This document shows, piece by piece, positions 1-10,000 of a DNA stretch of 64,000 nucleotides. Both the position numbers and the translations under genes were made by a program. Location of the stretch: NCBI GenBank assembly GCA_963745035.1, contig CAVUVW010000011.1:160001-224000 (forward strand). The letters run 5' to 3'. The DNA is from an uncultured delta proteobacterium. Lineage in GTDB: Bacteria > Desulfobacterota > Binatia > UBA9968. Each line of letters begins with the position of its first letter. Positions within the stretch are counted from its first letter, which is position 1. The notes beneath the pieces were generated by a model. That model was given only the letters and a program-made list of their open reading frames with translations, did not search any database and had not been told where the DNA came from.

Positions 1-638
1 ATCTCGGCTGCGGTTACGGCGCCGCGGCCATCTTATGGCAGCGGGAGTTTGGCGCTGCTGTAACCGGCATCACGATTTCGGAAAAGCAGTTCTTGCACGG
101 AAGATCCGCTGCCGCCGGCAATTCGAATATTCAGTTGCTCTGCGGTGACGCCCTGGAAAGCGGCCTGCCTTCGCAAACCTTCGACGTGGTGACGGCCATC
201 GAAAGCTCCGAGCATATGCCGGACAAAGCGCGCTTCTTTGCCGAAGCGCATCGCCTCTTGCGTCCGGGCGGCCGCTGCGTAGTGGCGGCGTGGTTGACCC
301 GCGACCACCCAGCACGGTGGGAGGCAAAGTACCTCCTCGATCCTATTTGCCGGGAGGGGCGCCTGCCCAGCATGGCCTCAGCGGCGGAATATCTCCGTAT
401 GCTCGAGGACGCGAACTTCCACGACATTCATTTTTCCGACCTGACCTTCCGTGCAAGAAAAACCTGGAGCATCTGCGCGTCGCGCGTCGTCCGGCGCTTC
501 CTCGGCGATTCATCGTTTCGCCGCCTGCTCTCCAACCGGCATTTCACAAATCGCGTTTTTGCCAAAACGGTTTTTCGCATCTGGCTCGCATATCAGATCG
601 GCAGTATGCGCTTCGGCCTCTTCGCCGCGCAGAAGTAG
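1..638 (+). CDS. SAM-dependent methyltransferase (tocopherol/sterol MT-like), 5' truncated by window edge
   Basis: Frame open from nt 3: (D)LGCGYG motif I, VTGITIS, then FDVVTAIESSEHMPDK and LLRPGGR. Confidence 0.85.
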   Translation, partial: LGCGYGAAAILWQREFGAAVTGITISEKQFLHGRSAAAGNSNIQLLCGDALESGLPSQTFDVVTAIESSEHMPDKARFFAEAHRLLRPGGRCVVAAWLTRDHPARWEAKYLLDPICREGRLPSMASAAEYLRMLEDANFHDIHFSDLTFRARKTWSICASRVVRRFLGDSSFRRLLSNRHFTNRVFAKTVFRIWLAYQIGSMRFGLFAAQK

Positions 639-688
639 GAACGGCGCCGCCGCGACGAGTTTGTGAGTAGTACGACTGTTTCGCCGCC

Positions 689-716
689 GTCATTTCGAGC
701 ACAAGCAAGAGATTCC
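689..716 (+). repeat. REP-like half element (GTCATTTCGA family)
   Basis: gtcatttcgagcacaagcaagagattc resembles the reverse complement of 39173-39200 and the left arm at 56358. Confidence 0.4.
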
Positions 717-777
717 TCCTTTTCAGCTTTGACTCCGTGTTGCGATTAAATTTTTCCTGGAGTAGTAAACGACCAAC

Positions 778-1779
778 ATGAAATTTGGCATTTTCATTTT
801 CGGAGACAATCACCCTGACCTCGGCCGTTCCAATCAGAAATATTACGAAGAGGTTCTGACCATCGGCGAGTGGGCCGAAGAACTCGGCTTCGACTCCTTC
901 TGGCTCGGCGAGCATCACATCTACTGGCACGGCACCTGCGTGTCGCCGCCGATGTTGATCGCGGCGTTGGGCCAGCGGACAAAAAGAATCCGGCTGGGCC
1001 CGGCGGTCAGCGTTTTACCCTTGCACCATCCGCTTCTTGTCGCTGAGGAATACGCGCTGGCGGATAATCTCTGCGGCGGGCGGCTGAACTTCGCCATCGG
1101 CAGCGGCTTCTCACCGCACGAATACAAGATTTTCGGTATGACGATGGAGGAGGCAAGAGAAAAATATTGGGAAACTTTTGATGTAATCTTGAAAGCCTGG
1201 ACGCAGGAGGAGTTTTCCCACCAGGGGAAACACTATCAGATCGAGAACGGCTCGTTGTACATGAAGCCCGTGCAAAAACCCTTGCCGCCGACGTGGATCG
1301 CCGCGTCGAGCGACGAAACTTTGATTCGCGCGGGCGAGTTGGGCTTCCCCATTATGGGAATTCCATTCGTGCGCTCTACGTCCCTGTCGGAGGTCAAACA
1401 AAAGAACGAGCTGTTTATGGATTCGTTCGTTCGCGCCGGCCATAAGGAAAAGCCGGACATCATGGTCGCCCTCCATATTTACCTCCACCCCAGCGAACAA
1501 GACGCGGTCGATTCGGCTCGTCCGTACTTCGCGCGCGTCGTTGACTATCTGAAAAAATACCGGCGCCCGGGCGCCAGGGTGCCCGACTTCGATACCATCA
1601 AGAGAGACCAGCTAGCGCTTTTTACCAACCCCGACGGCGCTTGCGCGATCCTTCGCGAATACGAAGAAATCGGCGTCAGTCACGTGATCGCCATGGTCAA
1701 CTTCGGCGGTGTGCCGATGCCCGATGTGCGCCGGACGCTGGAGTTGATGTCAACTGAGGTCTTTCCAAAGTTCAAATGA
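778..1779 (+). CDS. LLM-class (luciferase-like) flavin-dependent oxidoreductase
   Basis: MKFGIF, AEELGFDSFWLGEHH, RTKRIRLG, HPLLVAEE, GRLNFAIGSG, KPVQKPLPPTWIA. Confidence 0.93.
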   Translation: MKFGIFIFGDNHPDLGRSNQKYYEEVLTIGEWAEELGFDSFWLGEHHIYWHGTCVSPPMLIAALGQRTKRIRLGPAVSVLPLHHPLLVAEEYALADNLCGGRLNFAIGSGFSPHEYKIFGMTMEEAREKYWETFDVILKAWTQEEFSHQGKHYQIENGSLYMKPVQKPLPPTWIAASSDETLIRAGELGFPIMGIPFVRSTSLSEVKQKNELFMDSFVRAGHKEKPDIMVALHIYLHPSEQDAVDSARPYFARVVDYLKKYRRPGARVPDFDTIKRDQLALFTNPDGACAILREYEEIGVSHVIAMVNFGGVPMPDVRRTLELMSTEVFPKFK

Positions 1780-1935
1780 ATTAGAATCCGGCTATTTCAA
1801 AGCCGCTGGGCAACCTACCGTACAGGCTAGTCGTTTTCGCAAGTACTAGGAGAAACTCGCCGCAGCGTACATAACAACATTTGCTGACGACACCTCTTTG
1901 ACAGGTGTTACCGCCTGAGGTAGCATTCCGTAGCG

Positions 1936-2130
1936 ATGGGCAAGCTACGGCGTGGTGGTTTTGTTTTTGTTTGGTGGAAAGGAGATCACCCACCCAGACA
2001 TGTCCACGTTTATCGGGACGGTAAGCTGATGGTCAAATGGGACCTCGCCAACAAGAAAGCCATGAAAGGCCGCGCGTCGAGACGTATTATCAATTTGATC
2101 GAAATGCTCGAATCGGAAGGAATGCTATGA
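1936..2130 (+). CDS. DUF4160-like small protein, putative TA toxin
   Basis: 64 aa with DHPPRHVHV motif; ATGA overlap with next gene. Confidence 0.7.
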   Translation: MGKLRRGGFVFVWWKGDHPPRHVHVYRDGKLMVKWDLANKKAMKGRASRRIINLIEMLESEGML

Positions 2131-2594
2131 AGATTCGTTCAGTGACGTTCAATAACAGGCGCAAGACATTTGAGGTCAAAACTTCTTCACGAACATACGT
2201 CTTTCCCTTCAGCAAGTCCGTGCCCGCGCCGACATCCGATAACCCAGTCAAACAGGTTCGTGTAGACAAGGAGATCGGCAGCGAAGGATTTAGCTATGAA
2301 TTGGCGTCGGGCGGGACGGGAACAATCCATGTCGAACAGGTTTTGGAGTACAACAACGATCCCAATTACTTGCGAGATCAGTTGCTTTACAAATTGACTC
2401 TCGAAGCGCAGAGGCGGGTCGCCGCGAGCCCGCTCGCCAAGCGTGAGATCATTCGCCGGCTCGGCACATCCGCGACACAGTTTTATCGGCTATTGGATCA
2501 AACCAATTACAGCAAATCCGTCGACCAGCTCGTGTCGTTATTGCAAATCTTGGATTGCGAGATCGATGTATTGGTGCGAGCCAAGAGTGCGTAA
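2127..2594 (+). CDS. Putative antitoxin with C-terminal HTH
   Basis: ATG 2127 overlaps upstream TGA; C-terminal KREIIRRLGTSATQFYRLLD HTH-like segment. Confidence 0.7.
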   Translation: MKIRSVTFNNRRKTFEVKTSSRTYVFPFSKSVPAPTSDNPVKQVRVDKEIGSEGFSYELASGGTGTIHVEQVLEYNNDPNYLRDQLLYKLTLEAQRRVAASPLAKREIIRRLGTSATQFYRLLDQTNYSKSVDQLVSLLQILDCEIDVLVRAKSA

Positions 2595-2690
2595 CAGTCC
2601 AACATCTGCGGGCAGCGCAAAACATTTTTCGAATGACGCATTCAGTCTCGATCAGTTTCACCAGGATACTCTTTAGGTTATAAAACAACC

Positions 2691-4151
2691 ATGACTGACG
2701 TTCGTTTTGTGGATACGACCCTCCGCGACGGTCAGCAGAGCCTGTGGGCTTACAACATGCGCACCGGCATGATGGTTCCGGTCGCCGCACAAATGGATGA
2801 TGCGGGCTTCGAGGCCATCGAGCTCGGCGGCCCGGTGGAAATGCCGAAGTGCGTGAAAGAGCTGCGCGAGGATCCCTGGGAGCGCTATCGGCTGATCATT
2901 CCGAAATTCAAAAAAACCCCGCTCCGGCTCATCCACGGTACGCGCAGCGGCTTCGCGATCTACCCCGACGCGCTGCACCAGCTCTATGACACCTGCATGG
3001 CCAACGTCGGCGTCACCGAAGTGCGCATCTCGGATTCGTGGAACGATCCGGCCGATTGGGCTTGGCGCGTCAAGCAGGCGAAGAATGCCGGGCTGAAACC
3101 GATCATCAATCTTATTTATACCGTGTCGCCGCGCCACACCGACGAATATTTCGCAGCAAAGATTCGCGACGCCTTCGCTCTGGACGTTTACCGCGTGATT
3201 TTCAAAGACCCCGGCGGGATCTTGACTCCCGAGAGGACCAAGACCGTGGTGCCTGCCGTGCTGGCCGCCGCCGCGGGCAAGACCGTCGAATTGCACACCC
3301 ACTGCACGACCGGGCTGGGCACGCTCTGCTGCCTGGAAGCGATCAAAGCGGGTATGATGAATATCAACGCCGCGGTGCCGCCGCTCGCCGACGGTTCGTC
3401 GAATCCCTCGGTGTTCAACGTCGCCATGAACGCCCGCGCGCTGGGGTACAATACCCTGCTCGATGAAAAACCGCTGCGCGATGCTTCCAAGTTCCTAACT
3501 GTCTGCGCGAAGCAGGACAATCTGCCGATCGGCAAGACTCCTGAGTACGACTACGGCCAGTACGTTCATCAGATTCCCGGCGGCATGATCTCGAATCTGC
3601 GCTACCAGCTCCGCCGGGTCGGCATGGAGCACAAGCTAGATCAAACCCTGGAAGAGGCGGCGCAGGTGCGCGCCGAGTTCGGCTATCCGATCATGGTGAC
3701 GCCGCTGTCGCAGTTCGTCGGCAGCCAGGCGGCGATCAACGTCATCGTCGGCGAGCGCTACAAGGAGGTCACCGATCAGACCATCGAATACGCCATGGGA
3801 ATCTGGGGCAAGGAAGGCGCCGCGCTCATGGATCCGAACGTCAAGGAAAAAGTTCTGAATCGGCCGCGCGCGAAAGAAATCGCCGAGCGGCCGCATCCGA
3901 CGGATTCGCTCCAGGATCTGCGCCGCAAATACGGCGGCCCGGGAGTCAGCGACGAAGAAGTTTTGCTGCGCTTTTTCAGCAGCAAGGAAGACGTCGAGCG
4001 CATGCACGCCGCCGGCCCAGCGCGGACCTACACGAACGGTCGCAATCCCGTGTTGAATCTGGTCGCCGAGCTTTCCAAGCAGGAAGACCGCCGCAGCGTG
4101 TTCATCCAGCGCCCCGGCTTTTCCCTACGCTTGCAACGGCGCAGTGTCTGA
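2691..4151 (+). CDS. Pyruvate carboxylase subunit B / oxaloacetate decarboxylase alpha-like carboxyltransferase, no biotinyl domain
   Basis: DTTLRDGQQSL, DPWER, KDPGG, HTH metal motif, HQIPGGMISNL, GYPIMVTPLSQFVG; no C-terminal AMKM motif. Confidence 0.88.
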   Translation: MTDVRFVDTTLRDGQQSLWAYNMRTGMMVPVAAQMDDAGFEAIELGGPVEMPKCVKELREDPWERYRLIIPKFKKTPLRLIHGTRSGFAIYPDALHQLYDTCMANVGVTEVRISDSWNDPADWAWRVKQAKNAGLKPIINLIYTVSPRHTDEYFAAKIRDAFALDVYRVIFKDPGGILTPERTKTVVPAVLAAAAGKTVELHTHCTTGLGTLCCLEAIKAGMMNINAAVPPLADGSSNPSVFNVAMNARALGYNTLLDEKPLRDASKFLTVCAKQDNLPIGKTPEYDYGQYVHQIPGGMISNLRYQLRRVGMEHKLDQTLEEAAQVRAEFGYPIMVTPLSQFVGSQAAINVIVGERYKEVTDQTIEYAMGIWGKEGAALMDPNVKEKVLNRPRAKEIAERPHPTDSLQDLRRKYGGPGVSDEEVLLRFFSSKEDVERMHAAGPARTYTNGRNPVLNLVAELSKQEDRRSVFIQRPGFSLRLQRRSV

Positions 4152-4227
4152 CCCGCATCACCGGCGTTTTTACTTATTAGCTATGCGTCAATTGAAAACC
4201 GCCAAGCCCGGAGAGGTGGGAACTTGA

Positions 4228-4270
4228 TCCGACGGCTTGGACGATTTGAACGGCTTGACTGCTTGAACGA
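4228..4270 (-). repeat. 9-nt periodic (CGTTCAAGC-like) intergenic element
   Basis: Reverse complement tcgttcaagcagtcaagccgttcaaatcgtccaagccgtcgg matches copies at 22973 and 25981. Confidence 0.65.
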
Positions 4271-4292
4271 GCTGATTTATTCGAGGTAACCC

Positions 4293-4820
4293 GTGGCACG
4301 AGTCGCGCTGATCGAAGAGAGTGACCATCCCGAGCTGGCCGAGTCGATCGCCAAAATCAAAGGCGCGCGCGGCGGCCGGCTGATCAATATTTATCGGTTG
4401 ATGCTGCACAGTCCGGCGCTGGCCAATGCCTGGTTCGATCTGAATCAGGCCGTACGCTACGGCACCGAGATCGACGGGCAATGCCGCGAGCTCGCGGTCA
4501 TTCGTGTCGCGATATTGAACGAGGTGGAATATGTGCAGCGCGCCCACGGCCCCGCTTACGCGTTGAAGGAGGGATTGACGCCGGAACAGGTCAGCGCCAT
4601 CGGGAATTGGCAGCCGTCGAAACTTTTCGACGATCGGCAGCGCGCGCTGCTCGCGTACACGGATGCGATGACGCGCGGGATCGATGTACCCAATACCGTT
4701 TTCGTGGACCTGAGGAATCATTTTAGCGAGCGTCAAATCGTCGAGCTGACCATGCTGATCGGCGCCTACAATATGCTCACGCGTTTTTTGAAAGCCCTGC
4801 GAGTCGATTCAGAGCCCTGA
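4293..4820 (+). CDS. Carboxymuconolactone decarboxylase / AhpD-like family protein
   Basis: LHSPALANAW, RELAVIRVA, EYVQRAH, FDDRQRALLAYTD, QIVELTMLIGAYNM. Confidence 0.88.
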   Translation: MARVALIEESDHPELAESIAKIKGARGGRLINIYRLMLHSPALANAWFDLNQAVRYGTEIDGQCRELAVIRVAILNEVEYVQRAHGPAYALKEGLTPEQVSAIGNWQPSKLFDDRQRALLAYTDAMTRGIDVPNTVFVDLRNHFSERQIVELTMLIGAYNMLTRFLKALRVDSEP

Positions 4821-4829
4821 ATAAGAAGA

Positions 4830-4894
4830 AGTTCAAAAGTTCCAGGTTCGAAAGTTCAACGTCGGGAACCGCATCAGACCTTGAACTTTGAACC
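4830..4894. repeat. Heptamer-built imperfect inverted repeat (GTTCAAA / TTTGAAC)
   Basis: agttcaaaagttccaggttcgaaagttcaacg ... ccttgaactttgaacc in the intergenic gap. Confidence 0.55.
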
Positions 4895-4904
4895 GTTTTG
4901 TAAA

Positions 4905-5996
4905 ATGAAGTTCGTCGTCGAAAACGATAGCTTTCTCCGCCTCATTCAGGTTGTCCTCGACCCGAGCGCGCCCAAGGAGCGTTTCGACGCCTTCGCCCAT
5001 TTCTGTAAGCACGACACGCCTGATTTCCTTGGCTGGTGCGAAGGCATTCGCGCGCAAGCCCCGAATATCTTCCCGACCGACGTTCACCTCGTGGACAATC
5101 AAGCGGAGCTGCTGGCCAATGCCGAAGACGCGAGCGTGATCGTGGTTGAAGAGCTCACCGTCGGCGACAAAGAACTCGCAGCGGCGGGACATTCTCTACG
5201 CTACGTGCAGAAGTACGGCTTCACCACTCGCAACATCGATAGAGCCGCGTGCGCAAGGGGAGGCGTAAAAGTGCTTACGATTCGGCGGCGTGCCAACATC
5301 TCGACAGCGGAGCAGGGACTCACGTTGATGCTCGGTCTGGCGCGCCAACTCACACAGAACGCGAATTTGATCAGCGTCGAGCAGCTCAAGAAAGCCGGTT
5401 ATGAGCCCACGACTTACGACCGAACCCACACGCCAAACGGGAACTGGGCCCGCATCCCCAACATGGTGACGCTCTACCGTAAGCAACTTGGCATCATCGG
5501 TCTGGGAGAGATCGGCCGGGAGCTGGCGCTGCGCGCGCTCGCGCTCGGCATGCGCATCGTCTACACGCAGCGAACTCGGCTGCCCGAAGAAGTCGAACAA
5601 CAATATCAAGCGACTTACTGTCCGCTGGAAGAGCTACTCGCCGGCTCGGACTGTGTGAGCTTGCACCTGCCGCGCAGTCCGGCGACGGTCGGATTCATGG
5701 GAAGCAAAGAATTCTCCGCACTCAAGCCGGGTGCTTTTTTGATCAACGTCTCTCAGCCCAATCTCGTTGACCGCAAGGCGTTGCGTCAATCGCTCGCATC
5801 CGGACGGCTTGGCGGCTACGGACTCGACACGTTCTACGAAGAGCCCGGCGACGCCAACGATCCCCTGCTGAAATTTCCTAATGTCATCATCACGCCGCAC
5901 CTCGGCGGCTCGCCGCGCTGGAATTCTCTCGACGATATCGAAGAAGTGATCGTCAGCCTCGGCCGGCTGCTCGCCGAAACAAAGTCTGGGATCTAA
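4905..5996 (+). CDS. D-isomer-specific 2-hydroxyacid dehydrogenase family, NAD(P)-binding
   Basis: GIIGLGEIG Rossmann motif, VSLHLP, LDTFYEEP, TPHLGG; ATG at 4905. Confidence 0.88.
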   Translation: MKFVVENDSFLRLIQVVLDPSAPKERFDAFAHFCKHDTPDFLGWCEGIRAQAPNIFPTDVHLVDNQAELLANAEDASVIVVEELTVGDKELAAAGHSLRYVQKYGFTTRNIDRAACARGGVKVLTIRRRANISTAEQGLTLMLGLARQLTQNANLISVEQLKKAGYEPTTYDRTHTPNGNWARIPNMVTLYRKQLGIIGLGEIGRELALRALALGMRIVYTQRTRLPEEVEQQYQATYCPLEELLAGSDCVSLHLPRSPATVGFMGSKEFSALKPGAFLINVSQPNLVDRKALRQSLASGRLGGYGLDTFYEEPGDANDPLLKFPNVIITPHLGGSPRWNSLDDIEEVIVSLGRLLAETKSGI

Positions 5997-6003
5997 GAAC
6001 GTC

Positions 6004-6759
6004 TTACGGTTGATCCCGACAAGCCCCACTGAGTGCAGTTTCTTCCATCGCTTTGAGCAAGACCTGACGCGCTAAACCCACCGGGTCACCCGTGATCGGC
6101 GAATTCTCGAGATAGCGAAGAGTAAATTCCACATGGGAAGCGTCATCGACCGGCACGTGCCAGCGCACGCAGATTTCTCCGCCCGATGGCGATTCCGGAT
6201 AGGTCACGAGATTCGGCGCGACAAACTTGGCGCCGTCGAGCGGCGGTCCGAGAACTCCCTGCAGGAAATTATCGGCGCGGAGAACTTTTGTGAGTGCGAC
6301 ACGCGTCGGTGGACTGAGGAAAAATTCATGGACCGGCAAGCCCGGAGTTTCGCCCGGTCCCATGTAAGTCAAAATCACCCCGCTAATTTCGGTGCAGGGA
6401 TATGCCGGTTGTCCTACTTCCATCCGCTTCTCGCCCCCTTCCACCCAAGCGCCGCGCACAATGACCTTGCCGCAAGCATCGAAAAGCCAGCCATGATACA
6501 TGCAGCGGATTCCGTCTTCCTCGACCCGCCCATAAATCATGTCGACGCCTTGATGCGCGCAGTAACGGCCGATGAGCGCAGGATTCCCTCCGCCGTCGCG
6601 AAATAGAACCAGCTCTTCGCCGAGCAATGTCACCGGCAACGGTTTGTCGGGGGCCAGTTCCGCCGACAATGCGGCCGGCTGCCAAAAGCGGCGCATCAAT
6701 TCTCCACACGGTGTGCCGCGTTCGGTTTGCGTCAACCGAGCATTTTGCTCTTGTGTCAT
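6004..6759 (-). CDS. Rieske 2Fe-2S protein, phthalate-dioxygenase-like N-terminus with truncated catalytic domain
   Basis: GTPCGELMRRFWQP, LLGEELVLFRD, CAH...CMYHGW Rieske ligands; only ~250 aa; alternative start 6780. Confidence 0.75.
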   Translation of the reverse strand: MTQEQNARLTQTERGTPCGELMRRFWQPAALSAELAPDKPLPVTLLGEELVLFRDGGGNPALIGRYCAHQGVDMIYGRVEEDGIRCMYHGWLFDACGKVIVRGAWVEGGEKRMEVGQPAYPCTEISGVILTYMGPGETPGLPVHEFFLSPPTRVALTKVLRADNFLQGVLGPPLDGAKFVAPNLVTYPESPSGGEICVRWHVPVDDASHVEFTLRYLENSPITGDPVGLARQVLLKAMEETALSGACRDQP

Positions 6760-7070
6760 CCTCGTTGTGCTCCCGGTCATATTCGGACCTCGCGGCATCG
6801 TAGACACCAGGCTAGCTTTACTGCAAGCGCTTATTGGAAACCGCAAGATCGATGAGATCGGTCTGGCAAGCGAATACTTTTATGGCAATAAGCTGTTGCC
6901 GTTGGCCGTCAGTTTCAAATAGCGGCCAAAAGCGCAAGCCACATTTAATGAGAAAGGAGGCAATCTAGGCATCATTTGACCCAGCCATTTCGATTTGGTA
7001 TAGGCCGACAACTTTATTCCCAGGTAGGGCCATGTAATCGGCATAGTCGTTTGCTGAAGTGGATGCTTCT

Positions 7071-10000
7071 ATGAACAGACTCCTAGGTTTAGCTTCTCTG
7101 ACGCTACTGTTGAGTTCGATTATTTCGCCTGTTCCTCTCGCCGCCCAACAGATAGTCATCCTCCACGTCAGCCGCAGCGATCCTGCATGCGCCGGTCAGT
7201 CTCCCTGTTTCACCACGATTCAGGCTGCCATCAACGCCGCCGGTCCAGGCGACGTCATTCGTATCCAGGCCGGCACATATCCTGAGCAACTCTCGATCAG
7301 CGGCAAGAACGATTTCCAAGGCGCCACCGAAATTGACCGCATCATCATCGAGGCGGACCCAGCCACTCAACCTGGTCAGGTGATGCTAACCGGCGCGTCG
7401 GGTGCATGTACAGGCAATTACGCGATCCGCCTGCAGCAGTCCAAGTTCATCACGATCCGCGGGCTCACCATTACTGGCACCGGGGGACAGGCGATTTCGC
7501 TTATGGGCGGCAACAATCAGAATCAAGATATCCACATCGAGCTCAATCGCATCTTCCGCAACGGCAGCAGCTCCTGTAACGGGGGCATTACCATCGCCCG
7601 CGGCAATCCCGGCACGTTGATCGTCAACAACCTTATCTACAACAACGGACGCAGCGGTATTACCCTTATCGATGCCGACGGCGGTCCGCATTACCTCATC
7701 AACAATACGATTTACGGCAATCAGTGGAACGGCGTCGAGGTGGCGCGCAACCATACGATCACGCTTGCCAACAATATTATCAATCGCAACGGTACGGCGT
7801 CGGGAACGACGGGCGGACGATTTGGTGTACGAAGAGAAGGGTCGACTGTTCCGCAGCCTGCCGGAATCAAACTTTTGAATAATCTCGTCTGCGGCAATAC
7901 GCAGGGACAGATCTCGTCGCAGGTGCTCGATGCGACAGATTCAAGCAATTATACACCGAGCGGGAGTGAGGGGGCGGGTGTCGGCGCGCTGCCGGGATGC
8001 GAGTTAGCAGAAAACCTGTTCGGTAATTTACATGGAGCGGATGGCTTGCCTAACACCGGGGACGATGATTTCAGCCTTAAGCCGAATTCTCTCGCTATCG
8101 ATGTAGGCATGGACCCACGCACGCTCGGATTCAATCCGTCCTACAATCCGATCTTCGAAGCGGACTTTGTGATCGAAAGCGTTCGACCCGCAGACGGCAA
8201 CGCGGACCGCACGCCGGCGTTTGACGCCGGCGCTTTTGAGTTTCCCAACGCGCCGCCGGTCGCCAACGCGGGCCCCAATCAGAGCGTATCCGTCGGCCAA
8301 CTCGTTACCCTCAACGGCACCCAGAGCAGTGATCCCGAAGGCGCGCCGTTGACAAATTTATGGACGATCGTGTCGCAGCCAGCCGGAAGCAACATTACTC
8401 TCACTAGCGCAACCACCGCCGACCCAACATTCACCCCGCCCGTGGCCGGTCAGTACATTCTCCGACTCGTCGTGGACGACGGCCAATTGACCAGCGCCCC
8501 CTCAACGGTGGTCATCACCGCGGTCAGCGCCAATCGAGCGCCTATCGCCAACGCGGGCGGTCCCTACACAGGTAATGTCGGCTTGTCGGTTCAATTCAAC
8601 GGGACTGGTAGCGATTCTGACGGCGACCCTCTGACTTTCTCCTGGAACTTTGGCGATGGCGGCACGGGATCGGGTCCTAGTTCCGCCCATACCTATTCGG
8701 CACCCGGGACATACACAGTCACACTGACGGTCCGAGATCCATCCAACGCTACCGGGGTTTCGCAGACGACCGCGACAATCAGTGCCAGCTTGATTCTGAA
8801 TCCCATCGGCAACAAGACGATCAATCTAGGTGGGACCCTCACCTTCACGGTCACCGCGACCAACCCGAACGGTGGTCCGGTAAGCCTTTTTGTCGCGCCA
8901 CTGCCGCTCATGCAGAACGCGACGTTCAACGCAAGCACGGGTGTGTTTACTTTCAGACCGGGGACGACCCAGGTGGGCAGTTATCAGCTTACCTTCACTG
9001 CCCGCTCGGGAAGCAATATCGCTTCCGAAACGATCACCATCACCGTGCCGCAGCCTCCACCAGGAGGAAGTACCGGCGTGCGCGGCTTGGTGCACAATCT
9101 CAACAACACGCCGCTCGCGAATGTAAGAGTCACGCTCAGATCGAGCGGCCATACCGCTTTTACCGGTCCGGACGGATTCTTTACCATCACGGGAATTCCC
9201 TCGGGCACTCAGCAGCTCATCGTCAACGGCCGCGAAGCCAACCTCGGCGTTTATGCAATTATCGCGGTTGCGGTCGAGCTCATCGACGGTGTGCTCAACG
9301 ATCTTTCTGGCGCTATCTCTTTGCCGGACGTCGACGTCGACGCGGAAGTCCAAGTCAGTCCGACGTTCAATACGGTCGTCAGCAACCCGAGTCTTCCCGG
9401 CGTCGAGTTGGAAATCATCGGCGGCTCGGCGACAAATCCTGACGGCACGCCTTTTACTGGCAAGCTCTCGATCAATCCCGTGCCCGATTATGGCCGGCCC
9501 GAATCGCGTCCGGAAGAGTTGCGCCCCGGCATGGCGGTGACGATTCAGCCGGCCGGCATCCGCTTCAATCCGCCGGCGCGGATTACGTTTCCGAATGCAG
9601 ACGGCATGGTGCCGAACAACGATCTCAATCTCTGGTCGCTGAGTCCCGATACCGGCAAGTTCAATATCGTCGGCAAGAGCGCCGTGTCGGCCGACGGCCA
9701 AAGCATCATCACGGTCGAAGGCGGTGTGACGGCAAGCGCGTGGCATTTTCCGTTGGCGACGAGCACGACATCAAATCCGAGCCAGGGCGACAATTACTGT
9801 GGTTCCTGTCGAACCTCGATAGGATCCGAGGCCAATCTGGAAGAAGGCAGCTTGTTCGTTGCACACGCTTTGCCGTCGTACCGCTCCCTTGGCCAGAACC
9901 GGAGTCTTTCACTCACGTACAGCTCAGTGACCGCGGATCCACGACCGATCATTTCGTTGGACAGTACTCTCGGCGTTCGCGCCGGGGTCCCGAATACATT

